NCBI GenBank assembly: GCA_963842685.1
Contig: CAWJHT010000041.1
Location: forward strand, 18,282-82,281
Length of the DNA: 64,000 bases
Source: an uncultured delta proteobacterium
GTDB taxonomy: Bacteria; Desulfobacterota; Syntrophia; Syntrophales; UBA5619
Direction: 5' to 3'
The position numbers were made by a program, and so were the translations under genes. Below the pieces are notes generated by a model. That model made no database searches. It was not told where the DNA came from and saw only the letters and a list, made by a program, of their open reading frames with translations. The first letter of the stretch is position 1; every line of letters starts with the position of its first letter. Below are positions 45,168-56,603 of this stretch, one piece after another.

Positions 45168-45191
45168 TTGTCGACAATCGTTTGTCAAGGA
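45168..45191 (+). promoter_or_regulatory. Second copy of the candidate GntR operator
   Basis: TTGTCGACAATCGTTTGTCAAGGA, about 105-130 nt upstream of the amidohydrolase ATG. A related TTGTGTCGATAA lies at 45211..45222. Confidence 0.5.
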
Positions 45192-45351
45192 AAATTTATA
45201 TGCAACAGTATTGTGTCGATAATAAAGGGCATTCCGTGAGAAAGGAGACGGCAAAGCGTTGATATCTTAGAAGAAAATGCATGAACCGCTATGGGTTCGG
45301 CATACGATGGGTTTGACAACGTGACAAGGATTGATTCTTTGGCACAAACGC

Positions 45352-48300
45352 TTACTTGTCCAATTCCTGTCGAATGGCCACGCCGATCTTTTCCCGCACA
45401 TAGGGTTTCCGGACATACGCGCCGGCACCGAGGGCCTGGGCATTGCGAACCCGGTCCGTTTCGGAAAATCCGCTGACAATGACAGCCTTCTGTCGGGGAT
45501 GGGTCACCAGAATCCTTTCGGTAGGTCTCCAGACCATCGATGCCCGGGTCCATGATCATGTCCAGGACGATCAGATCGACTTTGTTATTTCTGACGTACT
45601 CCACAGCCTCCTTCCCACCGGAGACGGAAGTGACCTGATAACCGAGCCCAGTCAACATGCTCGTCGCAAGCTCCCGCTGCTCCTTCACGTCATCCACTAC
45701 CAGGATGGATTCCCCCTTACCGCGGTACATCTCGGGCGATACGGCTTCCTGGGCTTTCGACAGCGCCTCCCGGGTCACTGGGAAATAGAGGGTAAAGGTG
45801 CTCCCCTTTCCCTCCTCGCTCCGGACGTCGATATATCCGTTATGATCCTTCACCGTTCCCCAGACAACCGCCAATCCCAGTCCCGTGCCGCTCCTGCCCA
45901 TCACCTTCTTCGTGTAGAAGGGCTCGAAGATCTTTCCGAGGTCTGCGGCGGCAATCCCCCTTCCCGTATCGGAGACCGTGAGGATCACATAGTCCCCCAC
46001 CTGCATATTGTCGTAACCGAGGAGAGGTCGATCCAGATGACGGTTCTCCGTGCGTATGACCACCTCGCCCCTGCCGGAGATCGCCTCCGCCGCAGTTGGA
46101 AACCAGATTCATGAGGGTTTTGCTCAAATGGACCGGGGATCCTCGGATGTTCAACAGATCTTTATCGATCGTGGTCTGGAAGACGACAAGCGGATGATAG
46201 GCTTTCAAATTCTCAAACTCCGGCGTTTCGAAATAATCGCAGACGACCCTGTTCAGATCGATGATCTCGGAGACGGCCACCCCCCTCCTGGCCAGGGTCA
46301 GGAGGTCCTGGATGATGGCAGCCCCTCTTTCACCCGATTGCTGAATATTGGACACGTATCTCCTCAATGGACTGCCAATCGGGATCTTCTCCATAAGCAA
46401 GTCCGAATAGCCGACGAGAACGCCGAGAACATTATTCAGATCATGGGCCACACCGCCCGCCAATTGCCCGAGGGCCTCCATCTTCTCCGCCCGTCGGAGG
46501 CGTTCCTCCAGTTTCAGGCGCTCCTCTTCCAGTCGCTTGCGTTCAGTGATGTCCAGGGCCACGGCGATATTGCGCCCGGGAGTCTCCCCCGGCTTCCAGA
46601 GGGGCGACACGGTGACATCCGCCCAGACGATCCCACCTGTCCTTACGGATGTAACGTTTCTCCAGACTGTAGTACCCGATCTTCCCGGCCAACAGCAGCG
46701 CCGCTTTTTCCTCATGCAGGCGGCGATCGTCCGGATGCGTGATCGCCGTGAAGGTGGTGGCCAGCATCTCCTCCTCCGTCCTGCCGACCATTTCACAAAG
46801 CCGCCGGTTCACCGTGATGTATCGGCCCGTGAAAATATCGGTTTCGGAAACACCCACCGCCACCTGCTCGAACAGCGCCCTGAATCGCCCTTCGCTTTCC
46901 CGGAGCGAATTCTCCGTCTTTTTGAGATTGATAAATAGCTGCGCACTGGCTATTGCCCCGGCAATCTGGTCTCCGATCCTCTCCGCCAGATCCAGATCCT
47001 CATCCGTATAGGCGTCCGCCTTTTTCGAACGGAAGACAAGGGCGCCGATCACCCTGTCACCGGAAATCAGGGGAACGATCATCATCGAACGTAAACCTGC
47101 CTGCTGCACGTGAACGAGGGTCGGGAATGTCTTGATCATCTCTTCGCCACTGTCCGACATGAAGAGGATCCCTTTCCTGTTTAGCGCAATCACTTCGCAC
47201 ACCGACCCCCGAAAAGGAATCTGATCCCCCTTCCTCCGGGCCGGAATATCCATGCCGGATACATAGGCGATCCCCAGGACGTTCTCCTCTGGTTTGATCA
47301 GATTCACCATCAGGTTATCAAAGGGAATCAACTTGTGGGCCTCGGCCGCAAACCTCTCGTACACCTCCTCGATATCCAGCGTGGAGCCGATTAGCCGCCC
47401 GATTTCAGCAATGACGGCCATTTCTTTGGCTAGCCGCTCGGCTTTCTCACGATTTCTCCGCTGCTCCTCTTCAGTTTCTTTGAGGTCGGCGAAGAGCCGT
47501 GCGTTGGCGATAGCCCCGGCGATCTGGTCTCCAATCCGCTCCGCCAGGCGGAGATCCCGTTCGATGTATGCATCGGCTTTTTCGACCGGAAATGCAGACC
47601 GCCGATCACCTCGTCGCGGGAGATCAGAGGAACGCTCATCATCGAATGCATCCCTGCATCGAATGTGGAGACCAGGCTGGGGTAGCGGTCGGCAATCTCG
47701 TCGATGGATTCCGGCTGGATAATCAGGCCCTTTCGGGTGCGTAAAAGCACTTCATTTATCGACCGTGCCAGAGGGAAAGAGTCACCCGGTTTCCTTCCGG
47801 AGACGGTCGAGCCGAAAACATAGGTGCAGGAGAGTGTACCCTCCTGTGGTTTATTGAGATTCACGACCAGCCGCTCAAAGGGGATCAGCTTTCTGGCCTC
47901 GGCGGCGAACCGCTCATACACCTCGTCGATGTCCATCGTGGAGCCGATCAGCCGCCCGATTTCCGCGATAATCGACATTTCCGTGGCCAGTTGTTGGATC
48001 ATTTCCTGGTTCCGGTGGAGTTCTTCTTCCGCCTGCTCATGCTCCCTGCGCATGGCTGCGGCCCGCAGCTCTCGCTCGATCGTGGGGATCATTCGCCGTC
48101 GCCGGTTTTTGACGCAATCGCGGGCGCCGGCCTTCAGGGCCTCTATGGCCATCTCCTCACTGATTGCAGGGGAAACGATGATGAAGGGGGTGTCAATCCC
48201 TTTCTGTTTCAATAGTTCGAGGGCTTGAAGACAGTTGAAGTTGCGAAACCGGCAACTGCTCAGGATGAGGTCCCATGAATGGGCTTGAAGGGTGGAGAGC

Positions 48301-48428
48301 ATGTCCGAGGTGGTATCCACCCGTTCGTGATGGGGTGTGTAACCTGCCTGCATCAGTTCATCGATCAGCAGCAAGGAGTCGTCTTCGGAATCACCGACTA
48401 TCAATACGCGCAGAGGTTTTTCTTTCAT
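45352..48428 (-). pseudogene. Hybrid sensor histidine kinase REC-GAF-GAF-PAS-HisKA-HATPase-REC; at least four frame breaks
   Basis: N-terminal REC (RVLIVGDSEDD). Two GAF modules both begin IAEIGRLIGST.DI.EVYERFAAEA.KLIPF. Also GVAHDLNN (H-box), GTGLGLAVV (G2) and a C-terminal REC (ILVVDD...LIVLDMIMP). Confidence 0.8.
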
Positions 48429-48460
48429 GATCCCCTTCTCTCTTAGAAAATCTCGTAAAG

Positions 48461-50346
48461 TCAAGGTGTATTACGATCATCAGCGGGCGGCTTGACGAAC
48501 AGATCGCTGTCCCAGGCATGATCGTTGAGGGTGGGATTCACCTCGCGGTCGTTGGTCAGCAACTGCTCCTGGAGTTGAATCTGTTCCCTGGCGGTGAAGA
48601 TATAGGCGCTCTGGTCATGACGGTGCGCCGCCAGTTGGTGCATGGCCGCCTCATCATATTTCAGGAAGTTCTGTCCCGCCCGGGTGGCGCTGTATCTGCG
48701 GAAGCCCAGCTTGATCAGCACATCGATCCCCAGGCGCACGGAGGTGTCGAGGGTTTCCCGGTAGATGTCCTTGATTCCCATATCCATGAATTCGTAGGCG
48801 TCAAAGCGGTTTTCGGCGCGCGCCATGATCTCGAGATGGGGAAAGAGCTGCCGCACTTTTTCGACGAGTTCATGATTGATCGCCGGCGAACCGATGGCGG
48901 CGATCAGGATTTTGGCCTGGTCGGCCCCGGCGGCCTTGAGGATATCGACGCGCGTGGCGTCGCCGTAAAATACCTTGAACCCCATTTTTCTGAGCAGATC
49001 GACACGGTCGGAATCGTTGTCGAGGATGGTCGCCTCGACACCGTTCGCCCTCAGAAAACGGCCGACGGTGCTGCCGAAGGGACCGAAACCGGCGAGGATG
49101 ACCGGATGATGCAGATCGATCGCGTCGGCCTCTTTCTCCACCGTTTCCGGGGTGCCGAAACGGGGGAGAATGAACCGTTCATTGATCAGCAATAAAAGAG
49201 GGGTTACGGTCATGCTGATGGCGGTCACCCCCATCATCGTGTCCGTCCATTCGGCGGATAGAATATGAAGCTGGTGCATGAAGGAAAAGAGGACAAAGGC
49301 AAATTCCCCGACCTGGGCCAGACCGAAGGTAAACAGGAGGTTTTGATCAAAGGTGAGTCGGGTCAGTTTTCCCGTCAGGAACAGGACGACGGACTTGATC
49401 GCGATGATGCCGCAGACAAGGGCGATAATCGTCAACGGCCGGTTCAGGATCAGGCCGAAGTTGATGGAGGCCCCGACGGAGATGAAAAACAGGCCGAGGA
49501 GGATCCCCTTGAAGGGTTCGATATCGCTTTCCAGTTCGTGACGGTACTCGCTGTTCGCCAGGACGACGCCGGCCAGGAATGTCCCCAGGGCGGGGCTCAG
49601 TCCCACCAGTTCCATGAGGTAGGCCGCGGCCATCACGATGAACAGGGCGGAGGCCGTGAAGAGTTCCCGCAGGTGAATGCGGGCGATGAACCGCAGAAAG
49701 GGGACGATCACGAAGCGGCCGCTCAGGATCACGGCCCCGACGGCGCACAGAAGGGCGATCGTCTGCGCCCATCCGGGCAACCCCCCCAGGAAGGTCGTCT
49801 GTTCGCCCGCCGCGGCCTGTGCCGTGGCGATGGCCAAAAGGGGCAGCGCCGCCAGAATGGGAATGACCGATATGTCTTGAAACAGAAGGACGGCGAAGGA
49901 GGTTTTCCCCGATTCCGTCTGGTCCAGACCCTTTTCTCGCAGGGTCTGCAGGACGATCGCCGTCGACGACATGGAGAGGGCCAGACCGACGGCCAGGGCC
50001 GCCTGCCAGCTGAATCCGACAAGAATGAATAGTGACAAGGAAAAGCAGGGTCGTGATCCCCACCTGTACCGCGCCGGACCCCAGGATGAGATGGCGCATC
50101 CGCCAGAAATGGGCGGGCTCCAGTTCCAGCCCGATGAGAAAGAGCATCATCACCACGCCGAATTCGGCAAAATGCATAACGTCCTTTCCCTGCTCCGCCG
50201 ACAAGGCCGAGGAAGAACGGACCGATCGTGATGCCGGCCAGGAGGTATCCCAGGACCGATCCCATGCCGAGCCGTTTGGCGATGGGAACGAAGACGATCG
50301 CCGCCCCCAGATAGATGAGGGCGTCCTGGAGAAAGGTATGGTTCAT
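48461..50346 (-). pseudogene. kefC: Glutathione-regulated K+ efflux / monovalent cation:H+ antiporter-2 (KefB/KefC type) with C-terminal RCK/TrkA-N; about three frame breaks
   Basis: [39 protein letters not shown]; [15 protein letters not shown]; RCK fold HPVILAGFGPFG. Confidence 0.8.
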
Positions 50347-50954
50347 GGTTCCGTCGCCCCCGAATCCTGGTCGAGCCAATCGTTGAGCAAAGGGAATCGC
50401 CTCATCAGTTCGAGGCTGAAGTCTCCCCGTGACAACCTCTCCAGGAGGGCGTGATAGAGAGAGGCGTGAAGCGCCAGCTGCGCTTCGGTCAAGAGGTGGG
50501 TCCCCTGCACGACAAAAGGCGGCAGATAGATCATCTTGCAGAGGGTGGCCGTCTGGTCGAAGGGAACGAGAAATTCCCGGAGAGTGAAGCGGTTGTATCC
50601 GTCGGCCGTGTACACTTCCCGGGTGCCGCCCGACGTCAGGGCGTTGAAGATGATTTTGTCCTTTAAGGAATCTCCCCCTCTGCCGTGGGCCCATCCGTAT
50701 TCGAGGACCAGGTCGATCCACTGCTTGAGCAGGGCCGGGGCGCCGTACATGTAGAACGGATGCTGCCAGATGATGATCTGATGCGCGGTCAGCAATTCCT
50801 GTTCCCGCTCGACATCGACATTGAAATCGGGATATCGCTCGTACAGATCATGGAGCGTCACCTGCGGCATCCGATCGACGCCATTGAGCAGCGCACGGTT
50901 CACTCGTGATTTTTCAAAACGCGGATGAGCGAAAAGGATGAGAATTTTATTCAC
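50343..50954 (-). CDS. kefG: KefF/KefG-like NAD(P)H oxidoreductase (flavodoxin-like fold), ancillary to the Kef channel
   Basis: Intact ORF: [19 protein letters not shown]...[21 protein letters not shown]. Overlaps the kefC start. Confidence 0.75.
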   Translation of the reverse strand: MNKILILFAHPRFEKSRVNRALLNGVDRMPQVTLHDLYERYPDFNVDVEREQELLTAHQIIIWQHPFYMYGAPALLKQWIDLVLEYGWAHGRGGDSLKDKIIFNALTSGGTREVYTADGYNRFTLREFLVPFDQTATLCKMIYLPPFVVQGTHLLTEAQLALHASLYHALLERLSRGDFSLELMRRFPLLNDWLDQDSGATEP

Positions 50955-50974
50955 GGAGGTGCCCGCCTTTACAA

Positions 50975-52258
50975 CTACTTGCCGTCATTCACACCCTTTT
51001 CCACGAAATACGTCACATGGGTGGTTGCACTCAGATAGAGTCGCACTGGATCCGGCAATTCGTCGATATGAATGCTTTTCTCGATGGCGATGTCGTCATG
51101 CTCCTCCATTTCGCAGATCAGCGCTTCTTCCTTGGGGATGTTGGGATCATACAGCAACAGTGACGGTTTGAGGGGATTGTCGGGGTTGATGGTAATGACA
51201 ATGCCTATCTCACCATTGGAAAGCTGAACAACCGTCCCGGGTGGATAAATACCCATGCTGCGAATGAATACGGAAAACAGGTCGACGTCTATCTGGTGCT
51301 GTTGCTTGGTGTACATCTGCGAAAGGGCTTCGTACGGCGTCATCCGTTTTTCAATGTCCGGGTTATTGCAAAGGTTGTCATAAGCATCGACGATGGAGAT
51401 GATTCTTGCCAGCTTGCTGATTTTCTCCCCTTTCAGACCGGCAGGATATCCAGTACCGTTGCTGTGTTCATGATGTTCCTTTACGGCGCGGATCACGCCC
51501 ACCTCCCGGACTCCGCTTTTTGCCAGAGTATCGATGCCATACTGAGGATGAAGCTGAATAATCGCCGACTCCGCTTTCGTCAGCGGCCCCTTCTTTTTTA
51601 ATACTTTTTTTTCTATCCGGTTTTTCCCAATGTCATGAAACAACGCCGCCATCCCCAATTCATGCATTTCAGACGCGGTCAGCCTTGCTTTTTTCCCCAG
51701 CATTAAGGCCAATACCGATACATTGAGGGAGTGATGATAAATCCCTTCATCTTTTTCCTTGATATTGATCAAATGCACGATTGCATCGGAATCGCCCTGA
51801 AATGTATCGACCATCCCCTCCACGGTCTCTTTGGCGCTTGCGATCGCTTCCTTGGAGCCCGTCATCATTTTCTTCATCAGATCCGTCACGTTTTTACTGA
51901 TGCGGTCATAGTTGCGGGTGCAGCGGCGCAGATTTTCGTGTATCTGTTTGAGATGCTCCATCTGCTCCCTCTTGATCCGCCACATGAGTTCTACGTTAGG
52001 ATCATCCTCTTTTGCTGCAACTATTTGGGGCTCCGGCTTCTTAGTCTCATCTGCTTCTCTGGGCCAACAGTCGCTCTTTTCGGGAATCCACAAGACCTCT
52101 TTGATGCCTGACTTCACCAATATATCGATCTGATCCCTGTGCTTCAGCTTGAACTTGCTAAAGAGAAAGGGATGATTGAACCATTTCCCGTCCAACTGAA
52201 TAAAGACACCGGGCTGCAGCAGTCCAACCCGGATTTTCTGTTTATTTTCCATCTTCAT
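50975..52258 (-). CDS. HD-GYP domain c-di-GMP phosphodiesterase-like protein with a DUF3391-type N-terminus
   Basis: Intact ORF: HSLNV...LFHDIGK...HHEHSNGTGYPAGL. Confidence 0.8.
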   Translation of the reverse strand: MKMENKQKIRVGLLQPGVFIQLDGKWFNHPFLFSKFKLKHRDQIDILVKSGIKEVLWIPEKSDCWPREADETKKPEPQIVAAKEDDPNVELMWRIKREQMEHLKQIHENLRRCTRNYDRISKNVTDLMKKMMTGSKEAIASAKETVEGMVDTFQGDSDAIVHLINIKEKDEGIYHHSLNVSVLALMLGKKARLTASEMHELGMAALFHDIGKNRIEKKVLKKKGPLTKAESAIIQLHPQYGIDTLAKSGVREVGVIRAVKEHHEHSNGTGYPAGLKGEKISKLARIISIVDAYDNLCNNPDIEKRMTPYEALSQMYTKQQHQIDVDLFSVFIRSMGIYPPGTVVQLSNGEIGIVITINPDNPLKPSLLLYDPNIPKEEALICEMEEHDDIAIEKSIHIDELPDPVRLYLSATTHVTYFVEKGVNDGK

Positions 52259-52467
52259 CTGTCGACCTCACCCCCCGAAACATAGCATGTAATCGTGATA
52301 TACGATAGCTATTACGCAATTATTCCCTCTAAAATGCAAGCAATATTAAACATTGTGTTATGTCTTGACAGCCTGTTTTCAGTTCATGCAGAATTCGACC
52401 GTTCTTCTGAAGAGTAAAAAAGAACATTCTGAGTATGTCAAAGATGACCATCGGCATTGATTGTTTT

Positions 52468-53274
52468 TTATGCCGGGTTGATCCCGACTATCGCTGCCTG
52501 CCAGGCGTCGAGAAGGTGGCCGATATCGTCAAAGATGAAGTCGGTGCCCGCGGCCTCGGCCTCGGCTCGGTCGGATGCGCCTGAAAGGACGCAGATCGTG
52601 GTGAGGCCCGCCCGCTTTCCGCCCACGATATCGGTCATTACGCGGTCGCCGACGGCGGCGGTCGTCTCGGGTTGGGCCTCCATCTGGGCCATGGCCAGTT
52701 CATACATGATCGGCTCGGGCTTCCCGATGCCGGTCGGGGTGACCCCGGAGGCGGCCGCGAGCATCGCGACCATCGCACCGGTTCCCGGCAGCAAGCCATC
52801 CTCCGAGGGGATGTTGGGGTCGAGGTTGGTCGCGAGAAAGCGCGCCCCGCCCAGGATGAGCCGGCAGGCGATCTTGATCTTCTCGAAGTTGATCTCGCGG
52901 TCAACGCTCGCGACGACCACCTTCACGTCGTCGTCGGCAATCACGAAACCCTCTTCCATCAAGGCCTGGCGGAGGGCAGGCATTCCGAAGACATGCACCC
53001 TTGTCCCCGCCGGGTAGTCACGCCGCAGGTAGCGGGCCACCGCCTGCCCGGAGACCAGGATCTCGGCAGGCGAGACTTGGGCGCCCATAGAGGCCAATTG
53101 ATCCGCGCGCTCCTGGGGTGTGCGGGTTGCGTTATTGGTCATGAGTATAAATTGGATGTGCTGCCCGCGCAGGAAGGCAAAGAACTCCTGCAGACGGGGC
53201 ATGGGCTCCTTTCCCCGGTAGAGCACCCCGTCCATGTCGAGGATCAGGTGTTTGATGTTGGCCAATGAATCCAT
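52468..53274 (-). CDS. HAD-superfamily subfamily IIA hydrolase (NagD-like)
   Basis: Intact ORF: LILDMDGVLYRG, MTNNATRT, GKPEP, VGDRVMTDI. Confidence 0.85.
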   Translation of the reverse strand: MDSLANIKHLILDMDGVLYRGKEPMPRLQEFFAFLRGQHIQFILMTNNATRTPQERADQLASMGAQVSPAEILVSGQAVARYLRRDYPAGTRVHVFGMPALRQALMEEGFVIADDDVKVVVASVDREINFEKIKIACRLILGGARFLATNLDPNIPSEDGLLPGTGAMVAMLAAASGVTPTGIGKPEPIMYELAMAQMEAQPETTAAVGDRVMTDIVGGKRAGLTTICVLSGASDRAEAEAAGTDFIFDDIGHLLDAWQAAIVGINPA

Positions 53275-53327
53275 CGTGTATGTCTCCGTTGTTTTACTGC
53301 GTCGCCCGTTTCAAAGTCGATCGCGAA

Positions 53328-54332
53328 TCATGATACGAGCCGGGGAATGAGGGCGTCGAGATCGGGGAAAACGGCCCGGTCTGCCGCCCATTGGTAGATG
53401 AGAAGGTCGATGTTCAGCCGCTTCAGTTTGTCCCGGAGGTCGTTTTCCGGCGCCCCGGGGAGGGCCAGGATGAGCAGGGGGGCAGCGGGCAGGCTCAGGC
53501 CGTTCAGGAGGAGCTGCGTCGCCCCGGCGTGAAGATACCGGGGAGGGTCATCTCCGTCAGGACCTGAAAGACCGCCCGGATCCGGTCTTCCCGATCCATG
53601 ATCAATAAATCCCGCTGCCCGTCATTCCCCGTTCGGAGGCCGCGTTTTTTCAAGACCTCGGCCAGATCCCGGACGATCAGTCCGTGGTCGCATTCGGCGC
53701 CTGTCTCTGATTTCGGTTCGCCATACCTCTCACCGATCAGGTCTTCGCGTACGCAAAGTTCTTCAAAACTCAATTCTGCCTGAGGGGAGGGTGTGGCGGC
53801 CGCTTCCTTGATCCGGGCGATCTTGTGGACAAACTGGGCGATCTGCCGGGAAAAACGCGGGGAGTGGAGGACACCGATGACGGCGACCATTGTCTCCTCA
53901 CCGTCGTCATCCATGATTTCCCAGACGCCTCGGTAGTGGTTTTCGAAGAGCGATTTTCCGATCCCTTTTCTCCCGCCGCCGAGCTTTCCCCGGTGAACGA
54001 CGAAGACCCTGCCGGCATCGGTCCTGGGCAAAGGCGCCGCCGGTCCGCCGGTCGATGCCGTAGAGGGGAAAATTGATCTCGCAGGTGATCGCGACATTGC
54101 CGCCTCCTTCCGGCCGGCCGATGCCGAAACCGTTCCAGTAGCGGCTTCCGGGGAGCTTCCTGGAGAAGAACCAGATCCCGAGCCGCTCGGACCAGGCGAC
54201 CTTTGCCTTCTCGCTGGCCCCCGGATGGCCGAGCTTGACGGGAATCATCTCCTCCGCCGGGGTTCTGAGAGTCTTGACGAACTGTCGCTGGTAGCGCCTG
54301 ATGGCCGACTCATCTGCCACGACTTTTAGCAT
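53328..54332 (-). pseudogene. Uncharacterised ~335-aa protein, possibly with a PD-(D/E)xK-like C-terminal half; two frame breaks
   Basis: Pieces in ORFs 53907..54332 and 53504..54097, plus a third frame (GATQLLLNGLSLPAAPLLILALPG...IPRLVS*). Motifs RYWNGFGIG, ITCEINFP, HRGKLGGGRKGIGK, DLLIMD...FQVLTE. Confidence 0.45.
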
Positions 54333-54345
54333 GGTTTACCTCTTC

Positions 54346-55467
54346 CTAATCCAACCGTTTCCGGAAACGCCCGACGGCGCCGGTGAAAACCGCGATGCCC
54401 AGGACGGCCAGGGCGGCGTACTGCGGCCAGAGGATATCTAGACCCACCCCCTTGAGAAAGATACCGCGGATGATGACGAGAAAATAGCGCAAGGGATTGA
54501 GATATGTCAACCACTGAACGACGGTGGGCATGTTGGCGATGGGAAAAACGAAGCCGGAAAGCATGAAGAAGGGGAGGATGAAAAAGAAGGTCGTCATCAT
54601 CGCCTGCTGCTGGGTCTTCGACACCGTCGAGATGAAAAGCCCGATGCCCAGGGTGCTCAGGAGGAAGAGACAGGTTGCCCAGAAGAGGGCAAAAACACTT
54701 CCCGCCAGCGGCACTTCGAACCAGTAGAGGGCGAACAGCGTGACCATGACCATCTGGCCGATCGCGATGATCGTATAGGGAATGGTCTTGCCGATGATCA
54801 GCTCGAGCGGTTTGAGCGGCGTCACGATGAGCTGCTCCATCGTCCCGTTCTCCCGCTCCTTGATGATGGCGATAGAGGTCATCAGCAGAGAGATCAGCAT
54901 GACGACGAAAGCGACGATTCCCGGGACGAAGAAGTTCTGGCTGTCGAGGTTGGGGTTGTACCAGGTCCGGATCCGGCCGTCGATCTTCCCGTATTTAAGA
55001 TCGCGCCCATAGATCTCCTTGATCAGCTCCGTGTTGAACCGGTCGAGGACCATTGTCGTGTAGGAGAGGCGAACCGACGCCATGTTGCTCATCCCTCCGT
55101 CGGCGATGATCTGGACTGCGGCTGTGTCCCCGCGTCGGATGCGGCTGCTGAAGTCGGGGGGGATCTTGATCCCCAGATCGATCTTTGCCGCGAGGAGAAG
55201 ACCTTCCAGTTCACCGGGGGTCCCCGGCAGGTGGGTGATCCGGAAGATGCGGTTGGCCGTGAAGGCGTCGATCAGAAGCCGGCTCTCCCGCGTCCGGGAG
55301 TGATCGATCAGGGCGACGCGGATGTCTTTGATGTCATAGTTGACCACATAACCGAATACAAGGAGCTGGATGAGCGGCGCCATGACCAGTATGGGACGAT
55401 TCTTCCGGTCGCGGAAGAGCTGGATGAATTCCTTGCGGACCATTTCCCGGATGCGAAGCCAGCTCAT
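54346..55467 (-). CDS. ABC-2 type transporter permease (YbhR/YbhS-like)
   Basis: Intact ORF: N-terminal TM, a large periplasmic loop, then five C-terminal TMs. Confidence 0.8.
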   Translation of the reverse strand: MSWLRIREMVRKEFIQLFRDRKNRPILVMAPLIQLLVFGYVVNYDIKDIRVALIDHSRTRESRLLIDAFTANRIFRITHLPGTPGELEGLLLAAKIDLGIKIPPDFSSRIRRGDTAAVQIIADGGMSNMASVRLSYTTMVLDRFNTELIKEIYGRDLKYGKIDGRIRTWYNPNLDSQNFFVPGIVAFVVMLISLLMTSIAIIKERENGTMEQLIVTPLKPLELIIGKTIPYTIIAIGQMVMVTLFALYWFEVPLAGSVFALFWATCLFLLSTLGIGLFISTVSKTQQQAMMTTFFFILPFFMLSGFVFPIANMPTVVQWLTYLNPLRYFLVIIRGIFLKGVGLDILWPQYAALAVLGIAVFTGAVGRFRKRLD

Positions 55468-55469
55468 CG

Positions 55470-56603
55470 TTAGAGGCCCTCCCGTTTCAGGAGGATGCAG
55501 TTGGCGGTTGCGAGGATGAGAAACATCACCGTCAGAATCGCCAGATCGGGCCAGAGATAGGCAAATCCCAGGTTCTTCAGATAGATGTCCGAGAGGATAT
55601 TGATATAGTAGGTCGCTGGAATCATCGCGGAGAAGGCCTGGAGGAACTTCGGCATGTTGATGACCGGAAAGACGAAGTTCGAAAGCAGGAGCGACGGGAG
55701 ATAGGTGATCAGGACGGCCGTCTGGTTTGCGACGAGCTGCGATTTCGTGACCGACGAGATGAGGAGGCCGAGTGTCAGGGCGACCATCAGGTAGATCGAC
55801 GAGGCGAGGATCATCAGCCAGAAGCTGGCCTTCATGACGATCCCGAAGAGCACCTGCCCCATGAGGACGGCGATCAGGACATCGGTCAGTCCGATCAGAA
55901 AATAGGGGATCGCTTTCCCCAGGAGCAGTTCCCCGGCGCTGATAGGGAGCGATCGTATCGTCTCCATCGTTCCATTCTCGTATTCCCGGGCGATGACGAG
56001 AGAAGTCAGCATCGCCCCGACGATCATGATGATGATCGCGATGATCCCCGGAATGATGAAGTTCCGGCTCTCCAGATCCTCGTTGAACCAGATCCGGATC
56101 CGTCCCTCCACAGGGGGCCGGATCTTCTCCATCCCCTGGCGGTTCAGGAACTCGACAAGCAGCTTCCGGTTGGTGCTTTCGATAAAGCCGCTGATGTACG
56201 CCCGGGTGATCCCGGCGAAGTTCGGATCGCTCCCGTCGAGGAGGATCTGAATGACGGCCTCTCTGTCCGCCCTCAGGTCGGCGGTCCAGCCGGCGGGGAT
56301 GATCACGGCCATCGTCGCGCGGCCGTGGTCGAGCGCCTCCGTGACGGCCGCGGTATCGGGGAGGTGCGCGGTGATCCGGAAATAGGGAGAGGCGCCCAGG
56401 CGGCGCACGAAATCGCGGCTCAGGTCCGTCTGTTCGTAGTCCACGACGACCGTTTCGATATTCTCCACATCGAGGCTGAGGGCATAGCCGAACAGGAGGA
56501 TGAGGAGCAGCGGGACGGCAAAGGCGAGGTAGAGGCTCCGGAAGTCCCGAATCAGGTGATAGACCTCCTTAGCGGCGATGGCCCTGACATTCCGAAGAGT
56601 CAT
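55470..56603 (-). CDS. ABC-2 type transporter permease (YbhS/YbhR-like)
   Basis: Intact paralog of the neighbouring permease. Confidence 0.8.
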   Translation of the reverse strand: MTLRNVRAIAAKEVYHLIRDFRSLYLAFAVPLLLILLFGYALSLDVENIETVVVDYEQTDLSRDFVRRLGASPYFRITAHLPDTAAVTEALDHGRATMAVIIPAGWTADLRADREAVIQILLDGSDPNFAGITRAYISGFIESTNRKLLVEFLNRQGMEKIRPPVEGRIRIWFNEDLESRNFIIPGIIAIIIMIVGAMLTSLVIAREYENGTMETIRSLPISAGELLLGKAIPYFLIGLTDVLIAVLMGQVLFGIVMKASFWLMILASSIYLMVALTLGLLISSVTKSQLVANQTAVLITYLPSLLLSNFVFPVINMPKFLQAFSAMIPATYYINILSDIYLKNLGFAYLWPDLAILTVMFLILATANCILLKREGL

